64,000 bases of DNA from Lama guanicoe (lineage: Eukaryota). A model generated the notes under the pieces. The model saw nothing but the letters and a program-made list of their open reading frames with translations. It made no database searches and had not been told where the DNA came from. The stretch covers positions 5,747,530-5,811,529 of the forward strand of contig MU054541.1 in the NCBI GenBank assembly GCA_013239625.1, written 5' to 3'. The position numbers were made by a program, and so were the translations under genes. Positions within the stretch are counted from its first letter, which is position 1. Each line of letters starts with the position of its first letter. Positions 39,872 through 51,568 of the stretch are shown one piece after another.

Positions 39872-40740
39872 TTCCTTTTTAACTTTTTTATTCTGAGATA
39901 ATTTTAGACTTATGAACAGTTGCAAAAATTGTACAGAGTTCCTAAATGCCATTCCTCCAACTTCTCCTAGTGTGAAATGAACACCTTACATAATAGTTAA
40001 TTATGTAATAATAAAATTTACATTGACACAAAATAATTAAACAATCTGCAGGCCTTATTCAAACTTCACAAACTGTCCAACTAATGTCTTTTCATTTTTT
40101 TCAGTCCAAGATCCAGCTCAGGTTACCACCTTGCGTTTAGTCGCCATGTCTCCTTAGCCTTCTCCAATCTGTGGCTGTTCTGCAGTCTGTTTTTGGCTTT
40201 CATGACCTTGACAAGTTTGACTAGTCCAGGCCACTTGTTATTTAGTACAATGTTCTCCAATCTGGGTTTATCTGAGGCTTTTTCATGATAGGGTTGAGAC
40301 TGTGCATTTTGGGCAAGAACATCACAGAAGTGGTGCTGGGCTGTCAGGAGGGACATGAGGACAACCTGTCTCAATACTGTTGATGTTAACTTTTTAACTT
40401 GGTTAAAGTGCTATCTGCCAGGTTTCTCCACCCCTTGAAATCAACAAGTATCTTGTAGGGAGATACTTTAAGATTCTTCAAATATCCTACTTCTCATCAT
40501 ATCTTTGTTTGCTAATTTTTGTATCTGTCAATAATTCTTGCCTATGATAATTATTACTGTGGTATTTGCTTAAGAGTGATTTCTATGTCCATCATTCATT
40601 CTGTATTTGTTCAGTACAATTCTACTACAAAGAAGAATTGTCCCTTATCCCTCATTTATTTGTTTATTCATTTTATTTAGGTCAGTATGGATGAAAGATA
40701 TCTACTTTATTTACTGGATTCGAATCCATTACTAACCAGA
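39872..40740 (-). mobile_element. Old L1 (L1MC-like) 3' region
   Basis: T-rich start followed by ataattttagactt...gttgcaaaaattgtacagagttcc, and later catgaccttgaca...gcattttgggcaagaacatcac, typical of L1MC 3' ends. Confidence 0.75.
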
Positions 40741-43590
40741 TCCATATTTAAATAATAGAAACACAAATTTCTAAGTATCTTCTCAAGTATCAAGAGGTCA
40801 CTCCCCTCAAAGCAACTACTAAAAAATCCTTAACTTGATTTAAAGTGATTTATTATTTCTCCTTTGAAATTTGTACTAATCTATCTGTTAAATAAAAATG
40901 TCTCTCTCCTCCTATCCAAGCATGAAAGACCACTTTTCCTCCTCCTCCTCATCGTCCTAAAAATTCTTTCCAAACAGGAAAAAAAAGTTTTAATTCAAAG
41001 AAAAAACAAGTTCAATTTCATTGTAATAGAATAAGAACAATAATACCAGAACAATAACAGTAAGAAGCTACTAATTACCTGCAACCATTGTCTTTTTTTT
41101 TTCTTTTCTTTTTTTTTTTTTTGGTAAAAATTAACCTGAGGCTGCTTATTAAATACCCAGTTCTTACTCTGCTGAAAGTCTTTGCTTTTCTGCTTCCCTC
41201 CACCTGTGCCAGAGCGTATCCAGGGGACTCAGAATATTTGTGTATGGGGGGTGCTGAGACTATTACACATAACAGGTAATTGGATATATCTAATATCTAC
41301 AAATGAGAAGAAACGAAAAAGAAGGTGTACCCTTGTGTATCATTGTTAACCATGACCATAATATTTGAGCAGGCATCACCACCTACATTGACACTAACCC
41401 TACAAAAAACAAAGTAAGAGAGGGGGAAGACAGGAAAACCAGCTTGCCAGGGAAGCAGGTTGGCTAACAGCACAGTGTGTTCTCCTTACATTGATAAATA
41501 CAAGATACACTGTCTTTTAGTTAAGAAAGTGGAATGGTTAAAACACAGAAGCTAGTGGTTGGCTTTCATATACATGTTACTCATCAAGGTCTGGAAAGTC
41601 AGAACAGAAGAGGCGTAAAAAAAAAAGGCCAGACTTCACTAAGGTTTAGCCCTTTAAATTATATTTCCGCTACAGTTGCTTTTAAAAATTAAAGAACAGG
41701 CTGAACATAGAAAACAATAGACCAGTATATCTGGAAATGGAACTGATCACTAGCAGATCATCACAGCATGTCAAGGTTCCAGCAATTTTTGAGATGCTAT
41801 GATTTGCAAAAACTATTGGCAAGAGAAACAACACGGGCTTTATGGATAAGTATTTTATCATGCAAATACAGAAATTAAGAACGTTTTCTATTTCAACCCA
41901 GAAAATAAGAACTGCCCTTCCGAACAGAAAAAGAAAGCTGGCACGTTCACCCATTCACTTGAGCGCAGTAAGCCAAGCTCACACCAGCTATCAAACCCTG
42001 GGTGAAAAAAGCAAGAGGGCATCCTTGTCTAAGAGCCAGAAGGCAGAGCCCACTGCGGAAGTGAAAGACGGGGAGGAGATCTGGAATTCCAGGGCCAGGA
42101 ACCTTTCAGAAAAAGACTGCCTTTGGTCTTCTTTTCTCATCTGTTCTCTGAGGCTTCAGTACACCTTCCCACATCATCCCTTCCGCCTCTCCCTCAACTC
42201 ATCTGTGGGTAAAAGGGATGTGCCCTTGGGCACTTCCATGTGACACCTTTACCCCATTGCTTATGTCTGCCATTAGCTAAAGAAGCTTAGAAACTTTATT
42301 CTCCACTTACATGTAGTTTTAAAACTACATGTTTTAAAAAGTTTTTAAAGTTTTCAATGTGTTCTAAAAGTTTTAAATATGTTCTAAAATAACATCCAGC
42401 TGGGAATCTCAAAAATGTCCAGTGACTCCGGCATGGCAGATTCCTTTATCCTGCGCCACCCCGAAGTTTTAGTCTTCTCCAGCCAACACGTAACACAGCC
42501 AAAAGTTGTTACAGACACATTCAGCCCTTTCCCTTTCAGATCCCTAAACCACAGTGACAGCTATCTGGCCACTTGCCTGGGCACCCTCATTTTCCCACTG
42601 CCCCAGATTCATACTCTGATAATAGGGGAAAAAGAGTTAAATGAAGAGATGGCAAGTGGAGACAGTGCTGAAGGGTGATGGGGGGGAGAGGTGGCAATTG
42701 GATCTCTTACCATTCCAGCAGACTTTACGAAAGCCACCATAAATAAACATGCAATATGAGTAAAAACTGTTTATTTTGCAATTGTAGCTTCAAATTTCTT
42801 AGCATTCCAATCCTCCATCCCTTCATCCAGGTCCTTGTACAGTGCCCCACCTAAATCCCTTCCTGTACCAATTCTGGAGCCCCCATTCTTGACAAGAGCA
42901 GCTGTACCCATTCACCCTCTGGGTGCCTGGCACTAGCTGTAAAGGCAGGTTATTTCAGTGCGCCGGGACTTGGAAGGACGATCAGTGGGTGAGAAGCTGT
43001 CCCCTGCCGTCCATCGCCAGCTGGCAGTGGGAAGAAGTTCAACCTCTCAGGCCGTGTAATGATAGATGTGTGCTCACCACTCAAATTGTACCCGGCCCAA
43101 ACAAATGGCTCAAGCTCTCCCAGCAAGTGATGGATGCTGCTTCCCTGACACTGCAAGGAAACTGCTCAAATTAGTCATCGCCTGTTTAACAGGGCTACTA
43201 ACTTCAAGCAAAGGCCTTGCCTGAAGTAATGCTATCAGAACCAACCATCTGTGTCCTGCCTTTCATAATTCCATGTTGGACAAGATTCCTGGATCAAATA
43301 CATTTGAAACGCTGCAGAGCAACAGCTGAAAGTACCAGATGACGCAAGGAAGGAAAATTTTACTTTTCCCTGGCTCCCCATGGGCACACCTCTAGCCGCA
43401 AGTCCCCAGAGTCACTGCTTCCCACCAGCTTCCATGACACTGAAGGGAAGCTGTCTTTTCTACTGTTTCTTACATAAGCAAACAGTAATTGAACTGGGCA
43501 TTGAATGCTTTGCTGATGAAGCTCCTCCTGATAAAAGGTAAGAGGCAGGGCCATAACTGGGCCAATCTGGATGCATTAAGAAGACAGGCA

Positions 43591-43995
43591 GATTTGCAGC
43601 AACATGGATGGACCTAGAGATGATCACACTAAGTGAAGTAAGACAGAGAAAGACAAATACCATATGTATCACTTATATGTGGAATCTAAAAACTAATAAT
43701 ACAAATGAACTTATTTACAAACAGAAACAGATCCACAGACACAGAAAACAAACTTATGGTTACCAAAGGGGAGGAGGGGAGAGGGATAAATTAGGAGTTT
43801 GGGATTAGCAGATACAAACTACTATATATAAAACAGATAAACAACAAAGTCCGACTATATAGCACAGGGAACTATACTCAATAGCTTGTAATAACCTATA
43901 AAGAAAAAGAATATATGTATTTCTACAACTGAATTACAATGCTGTACACCAGAAACACAATATTGTAAATCAACTAAACTTCAATTAAAAAAAAA
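43591..43995 (+). mobile_element. L1 3' end: ORF2 C-terminus, 3' UTR and poly(A)
   Basis: FAATWMDLEMITLSEVRQ-type ORF2 C-terminus (ORF track 43608..43808), 3' UTR, A tail; flanks share ggcag(g)attt. Confidence 0.9.
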
Positions 43996-45112
43996 GGGGG
44001 GGCAGGATTTAAAGCTTGCAGGAGACACACATATGAAGCACAGTCAACTCTGCAAGCTAGACCTACCCAGGAAAGCATTTGGAAGAAAGAGCTCAAATTT
44101 CTGGTGTCCTTCGAAGATGAAGAAATGTTACGCTCACACGCATTTTATAAGACAATGAACGGTGAAGAACCATATATTGTAATAAAAATTGCAGCAGCAA
44201 GAAGGGAACTTGAGCCTTAATCAGAATTGCTTTGCTTAACAAGCAAAGTACAATTGTGTGTGACCTGTAAAAATAAACATTTTTTTTAATGGAAGAAAAA
44301 GCCACAAAAAGACAGACTCTGGTCAAGCACAATGTGGATGAGCCCTGTTGGGGTATACTCAATGATATTTAGATGAAGAGCTGTGTATGATAGTAATAAC
44401 CAGATATAAGGAAAGCTTGATGCCAAGCAAGTCAGAAAGGGAGGTGGTACAGCCCACATTCATGTGTGTGCAGTATCTGCTCTGAAAGGAGTTGTCCCAT
44501 ATAAACTGACAAAGCTACCAATCTCTCTCATACAATCTATTCATGTCTCAGATCCAAATGAGAGACAGTCACCATCACCACTACCACATTTTTTCATTCT
44601 GAAAAAAAAAAAATAGTGAAAAGTTGGTTAAGAACTTTTGATTACTGTAATTCACACCCATCTATAGTCAGGCTCTTAGCAAGACCAGTGAGTACAGAAA
44701 TGGTCCTTTAATGCCCTGCAGTGTCTCTTACTCATCTAATAGGAAACAGGCTTCGGCAAATATAAGAAATGCCATAGCTTAGTTTGCAATATGCTTTTTT
44801 TCTGTTTTTCAAATATCCTTCTGTCATTTTTAAGAGCCATTATGGGTTTACTTGGTTTTAATGCAGCCTACAAGTAAAATTGTTTTTGAAGTAAAGCTGG
44901 GTCAATGAAATCAGCATTAGGGAAGTGTGAATGAGAATGTGAACAGAGGGAAAAGGAAGGCTTAAGAAGAAGAGAACTGTGGGGGAAGTCTATACTAAGA
45001 AAATCAGAAAAGTTAAGATGACAGCCTGTCTTCACTGATCTGTACACATCAGCCCTAACATTTGATATCCAAAGTGTCAATGGCTAATGGTTACCATTCA
45101 CGTAAAGTCTAG

Positions 45113-45303
45113 AACTCTGCTCTGTAATGAACTTTCTGCAGTGATGGAAATGTTCTATTCTGTGCTGTCCAAACTTGATAACCACTAGCCACATGCAGCT
45201 ACGGACTACTTAAAATATGATTAGTGCAACCAAAGGAATGAATCTCTAATTTTAATTTTAATTCAATGTAAACAGTCACATGTAGGCTTATCTGGATGAC
45301 AGG
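45113..45303. mobile_element. MER3-like hAT-Charlie element
   Basis: gaactttctgcagtgatggaaatgttctattctgtgctgtccaa...ccactagccacatg; preceded by tctaga. Confidence 0.8.
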
Positions 45304-45645
45304 ACTATGATTAATTTCAAGGGCTTATTTAGAAACATCACTTCATTTCTGTTTGATAGATTTTATCCACATGAATTAAGTAACATTCCCTGGCAGACAT
45401 AGCTCTGGCTTGCAAGTATTTCATGGTTTGCCTAAAATGAACAATTTCTAAACCACGATGCATCCCTTTTATTCCTTTCCCCCAAAACGCTTCAAGCTTA
45501 TTTGTACCACTTCCCTGATATTCCTTAAGCTGACCTTTGGGAACCCAGATGTGGAGTGGTAAGAACTGGTCTGTAACATCTTTGACTGCTTTGCTTACAA
45601 AGCAAAGCACATATATGTAAAAACATTCATTTGTAAACAAAGCAT

Positions 45646-45722
45646 GTATATGTGTGTGTGTATTGGTATAGGCACATATACACACACATACATATTCACA
45701 CATACACATTTACACACACATG
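45646..45722. repeat. Imperfect TG/CA-rich microsatellite
   Basis: Seen directly. Confidence 0.75.
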
Positions 45723-46245
45723 CACGCCACTGAGCTTCCAATCACCAAGTCCTTTATCATGAATTCTATCCATCTACCTAGTTCTACTCAAAGTCATGTA
45801 ATTATGGTGGTCAGAAAGAACTGGATTGGAATTCTAGCTCTTCTGCTCTTTACATAGGCACTGCTGAGCAAATTACTTAGACCTTCTGGGCCTCAGTTTT
45901 ATAAGTTGAAAGGATTAGATGGTACCCTGGCTATGAAAGCAAGCAGAAGAGTGTGGACCAGATTTAAAGGGACCAGGACCTGAAGGTTCAAAGCAGATTT
46001 AAGGGCAAGATACTCACCAAAAAAAAAAAAGAAAGAAACAACAAAAAAGAGATATATCACAGTGTTAATACATTAATACAACGGGAAAAGAACTCACTCC
46101 AAAAAGACATTCCTGTGCCTAATAAAAACTGAATGAAAGGCCTTTCTCTGCTCTTTGGAAATGGTTCAACTCAGGCTACCTGTGTAAAACCACAATAGTT
46201 TATATTGTCTATAACTGTGGCTAATCTGTTACCTGTTTATCTTTA

Positions 46246-46510
46246 TTTTTTATTTTTTAATATATTTTTATTGACGTATAGTCAGTTTACAATGTTGTGT
46301 CAATTTCTGGGTACAGCACAATGCTTCAGTCATACAGGAACACACATGTATTCATTTTCATATTCTTCTTCACCATAAGTTACTACAAGATATTGAATAT
46401 GGCTCCCTGTGCTGTACAGTATAAACTTGTTGTTTATCCATTTTACCTATATTAGTTAGTATCTGCAAATCTTGAACTCCCAATTTATGCCTTCCCACCC
46501 GCTTCCCCCA
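46246..46510 (-). mobile_element. 5'-truncated L1 3' end with 10-bp TSD, sense to the gene in intron 3
   Basis: Homologous to 43800-43995 in reverse. TSD tttatcttta at 46236-46245 and 46511-46520, at an endonuclease-like TT/AAAG site. Confidence 0.88.
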
Positions 46511-46834
46511 TTTATCTTTAAAGTAATTAAAGATCCCAAGACCACCCACTATTCAGCCTCCAAAGCTCACTCTTGGTAAATTTGATTTCTAGTACCTTCT
46601 CCTATTCTAGAGATTCTTCAACAGAGAGAGCAATTATACACAGAACCCAAGTAAATAACAGCTTTAACCGTTTGTATAAAGAATCCAAAGATGTGTAGCC
46701 GTAAAATACTCCTCTAAAAAGTTAACGACTGTATTTTGTTTTGAGACCCCCAGGGAGGGAGGTACATAAAGAGTCAAGGTCCTAGGAAATCACGTCCACA
46801 GGAAAGAGGGAAGGACCAGGGCGCTCACCCATAC

Positions 46835-46939
46835 CTCAGCTTCCTGCAGGGTCCCGTGGTTTAGGCACACCATGTCAGGGCAAGTGATGGGAGACCCACA
46901 TCCTTCTCGGATTGCCAGCTGCATGTACTGTTTCAGACA
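46835..46939 (-). CDS. RNF144B: RNF144B coding exon (exon 3 by recalled human numbering), 105 nt: C-terminal half of RING1
   Basis: Minus strand: polypyrimidine tract ttttttttccttctag|TGT CTG AAA...GCT GAG|gtatgg. Translates [35 protein letters not shown], matching the recalled RNF144B protein. Phase 0-0. Confidence 0.96.
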
Positions 46940-49091
46940 CTAGAAGGAAAAAAAAAAGACAGACAATTACCCACCACGTTACAGGAGCACCGAGGTTACA
47001 TAACCACCTCTGCCTCTTCTTCCTTAATTGGCAGACTTGGGGCTCTGGTACTCAGGAAACATAAATTATCACAAGTGTGAACACTACGAGCCATCACTTC
47101 GGAAAGAATGCAGAGACAGGTGATTAATTAGGTATGACTTCATCCTAAGAATACTGAGTTTATTCGAGGCAGCAAGTCAAACTCCTGTATGTGCACACAT
47201 TTTATCCACCATAGATTGGGAAAAGAAAAAACACTCTTTTGCACTAATGGCAAAAGGTTTCTTTTTCCCTTTTTTTTTTTTTTATCTTATGTGACTTCCC
47301 AGATTCATTTTTACCCAGCAGTTCTCTCCCTCAAAATTTACCCAAAGGTAGAACTCTGACTCTCGTGCTGAACTAGGCAAATAGAATCAAAATAAGATTA
47401 AAGCACTAACTAATCTAGAAAGACTCTTAATAGCAAAAACACCTGGAAAAGATAATGTCAAAGAATTTGAGAGGCTGAGACCTTTCCAGAACTATGGGCC
47501 TTGGGAGATGCCATGATGAGGAGGTTTGTGTAGAACCTGGGGAAAGGAAAAACTGGACAGGAAATAAGAAACCCAGAGAGAAGAGGCAGAACACCAAGGA
47601 CAAACTTGGTCTACGCACTGCCTGCGCCAATGGGATCTTGGGCAGCAGCAGGACGTGTGAGTCGCGCTGAAAAGGCAGGAGAGAGACTGACAGCATTATG
47701 AAGACCTCTGACTTCTCCCTTCTCTCTTCCAAGCCACCCCCGGACCCCCACAGGAAATTGAAAGCCGTAGTTTCAGAAGATAAAACCCTTAAGAAGTCCA
47801 AAAGTTGGCTCCTCGGTTTCTGCTAATTTGCTCATAATTGGTGAGCTCTTTTCTATATGCATAAGGAAAAAGAGTCAAACTCAAATGTTTGAGGTGGACA
47901 CCCCCCAAAATACATAAGCATCAATAAATTAATGACTCTTACAAAGGGATGACTGGTTATCATTTGGTTCCAATTTTCCCAAATTTATAACTTATGTATC
48001 AACCTGCTACATTAAAAACATTGCTGTTGCGCCAACCTTTTATAAAAGCTGAACTATTAAATAAATTCTACGATCAGAATACTAACGACATAATTGTGAG
48101 GTCTGTTCCATTCACTGACCATCTTTATGCATTTTCCCCACCTAAAAATAAAACTATCACAATTGTATTATTTTGGAAAAATAATTGTATATTTATTTGA
48201 TTGAAATTACTATTACAATGCACTAATGAAATAATGACTGGGGCAAACCATTTAAACCAGATTTTTCTCTCTTTAAGGACTTAAAAATTCCTTTCTCCAA
48301 AGAGTCGATTTTATATCACAGAAGAATCTAGAAGATAACCTAAATATCCAAATTAGAAAAACATGTAAATAAATTATGCTAATTCATGCACTAGAACGCT
48401 GAAGAATCAAAAAAAATATTTTCAAATAATGTTTAAAGACATGGGGAAATGCTTCTGATTAAGTATGAACTGGGGAATAAACAATGAATTGTATGAATTG
48501 GAGAATAAACAATATCTTAAGTCACTCAGTTCCTACAGCTGACCACACAGAGATATAGTATTTAAACTTTCACTTCCTTGCTCAAGAGAAGAGTCAACAA
48601 TCACTTGCTCTAGAAGTTACTGTGCCAAACATGGTCTCTAGTACAAGAAAGAATGGTAAGTAGGAAAAGCAGCAGCAAGGAAACATGGGGAAGAACTTCA
48701 ATGTCCAGGCAAAACTCAGGAGAAACTGCAAAGATGGTTCATGAAAACCAGTATCACACTACGGGACAAATGAGTAAAGGATGTGCAGGTTTGTCCACCC
48801 TACTCTGCTCCTGATGACCTCTCAGCCTTCCATCTGCCATGCAGATCCCAGCCTTACTGGCTTGATCTCCTCCCACTGCCACTTGAAATTTAAGTAGAAA
48901 GAATGAAAATCGGTGGTCTCTAGGATCAAGGGGAAGATTATATGAGAAAAACAAAGTGAATGGTGTAATGAACGTCAGATCCTAATATCTGGGCTCTAGC
49001 CTCAGTGCCCCTTTATCCAGTGACGATGGGAAAATTACCTAAATGATGATCCAGACACGCTTCCCTTAATTTTTAAAACAGGGACAATAAT

Positions 49092-49420
49092 TGTTTTGTA
49101 TATGGTGTTAAAGAATGTTCTAATTTCAGTCTTTTACAGGTAGCTGTCCAGTTTTCCCAGCATCACTTACTGAAGAGACTGTCATTTCTCCATTGTGTAT
49201 TCTTGCCTCCTCTGTCATGGATTAATTGAGCATAAGTGCGTGGGTTTACTTCTGGACTTTCTATCCTGTTCCATTGATCTATCTGTCTGGTTTTTTTTGT
49301 ACCAATATCATGCTGTTTTGATTACTGTTGCTTTGTAATATAGTCTGAAGCCAAGGAATGTGATTCCCCCGGCCCTGTTCTGCTTTTTCAAGAATAGTTT
49401 GGCTATTCAGGGTCTTTTGT
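49092..49420 (-). mobile_element. Internal L1 ORF2 fragment inserted in a MIR
   Basis: tgtccagttttcccagcatcacttactgaagagactgtc...tgctgttttgattactg...atagtctgaag is L1 ORF2 antisense; MIR-like sequence lies on both sides. Confidence 0.85.
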
Positions 49421-51248
49421 AAAAAAGGGGTAATAATACTTGTTATGGTTACCTCACACAGTTTAAAACACTCACACACACAAACACAAACCTGAAATTT
49501 TGTACATGGAAGCCCTTTGGAAATTTGCAAACTGTGAAATATTTAGTCATATTTCTACTCCATTTCACCTGATCTTAGACTTTCAAAAACTTTGTGGAGA
49601 AATGTTCATCTGTTAGCCTCCTGAGATTATTCTATCTCCACTCCCTTCAGGAAACCAGTAAAACAGCACTTGTGGTGGAGAAGCTCCATGAACAGCGCAG
49701 ATACCGATAACAGAACATCACACACACTTCCATTCAAGCCTCTCTGTAGAACCCTTGCATCTACAGAAAAAGCTTAGAGTTAAGTGGGAACTGAAGAGAC
49801 TATGTGAGTCTTTACAGGCAAAAAAAAAAAACTCATTTCCTCTTAGACTGCAAATTTGTAAAGATGAAATCTAAGCTTTCCCATGAGTTTATAGTGGATG
49901 TTCTATTTGATAATGTAATGCTCATAGGTACACTGCAACCACAATACATAAACCCAATGAAATTTGAAGCTCCCCACAAAGACTCTGCTGGCCTAGCCAC
50001 AATATTACAGAACTCATGATTTTAGGATAGAAGTTAAAGCTGAATACACTGAGTACAGGGCATAAGTATATATACCCTATGTGTCCCCCTTTTTTAATTC
50101 TAAGAAACACTGGTTCCAGATAGAGATTTGTAAGTGCAGGTTGTTAAGTGATGCTCTATCACCGCACTTGACCCTCTGTAACCACGGGCACGCATTTCTA
50201 TTCAAAGGCAAAGGGGGAAAACAATCAGTCCCAGTTACTGCCTCTTACTGAATTTTCAAGTGTATGTCTTCCACTAGCCTTCACTAATATTAAATCTCAA
50301 ACCCTCTCTTCTTCAATATCTCTGGCTAAAGCACAAAAGAACCAAAAGCATTCGCATGAACACCTGTGCATGCTACACAAACCAAACTTCAGCAAAATGG
50401 TTAACAATTCTGGAAGAAATGGTATGTGGCTTGTAAATAAGACAGAAAAATACAGAAAGAAAAAAGAAAACTATCGTCATTAAAAAAAATCACATTCTAT
50501 TAAACAATAGCATTAAACAGACGCTGTTTTCATAACAGCTAACAGAATTCCAAGGGAAATGTTTCAAAAATAGACCGCATGAACACCTGTGCATGCTACA
50601 CAAAACTGTTTTCATAACAGCTAACAGAATTCCAAGGGAAATGTTTCAAAAATAGTACTTTTCCAAAATCTTGAAGACCCAAGGGGGAAAAAAAGGAATT
50701 TTTTTTCCTTTTAAGTAATCAACATTTCACTTAGTTTGGTAGAACACAGAAACATCCTTAGGCCATTAAGGGTTGTGTATAATAATAAGGATGTTCCTCA
50801 AAATCATTCCGTATCCCTCGAGGATGCAAATGGGATCTAACCAAGGATTTAACCATCAAACACCTGGTGAACCAGATGACTTGTCTCTTCCAACCCCGAG
50901 AGCTTATGAATCATGCACGATGGAATCTTCCAGAAAGGGGTGTCTTCTAGGCCCCTTTCAGGGATGTTGTTTTCTGGTGACCAAAGGGCATTCTTCATGA
51001 GGTGGACAAGGCCAAAGGGGCTACAACATTCAGACAAAGCTCCTACATACACACCCAAGAACTATATATATATACACACACATATACTACACAGTTACAC
51101 ATCTCTGTCACTAGATTACACCTTTCTTAAAGTTTTTTTCTGGGGAAAAAAAGCATTACAATGAACAGTCGATGGAACTGGATTCTAATATCAAGACTGA
51201 AGTACAAGTTCTCAAGTCTCCCCTGCATCTTGGGCAAGTCATTAACCT

Positions 51249-51568
51249 CTGGCCACAGCACTCACAATTAGAAAATGGACCGTATCACCTGCTTAGTCTA
51301 CTCTCAGGGAAACGCAGAGTCCTCCGTGAGGATAAATATGTGAAGATACTCTGAAAAGTGAAAGAGGTAGGCAAATGTGAAGAATAACTGGGAAATGGAA
51401 TAGATGTACTGGCCACAGCACTCACAATTAGAAAATGGGACCGTATCACCTGCTTAGTCTACTCTCAGGGAAACACAGAGTCCTCCGTGAGGATAAATAT
51501 GTGAAGATACTCTGAAAAGTGAAAGAGGTAGGCAAATGTGAAGAATAACTGGGAAATGGAATAGATGT
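51249..51568. repeat. Near-perfect ~160-bp tandem duplication
   Basis: 51249-51407 vs 51409-51568, with two differences (ggacc/gggacc; aacgc/aacac). Confidence 0.95.

Noticed and set aside
48465-48512. Short imperfect duplications (also taattagaatca at 34608-34638)
   Set aside because: These are ordinary slippage-scale duplications in AT-rich decayed sequence.
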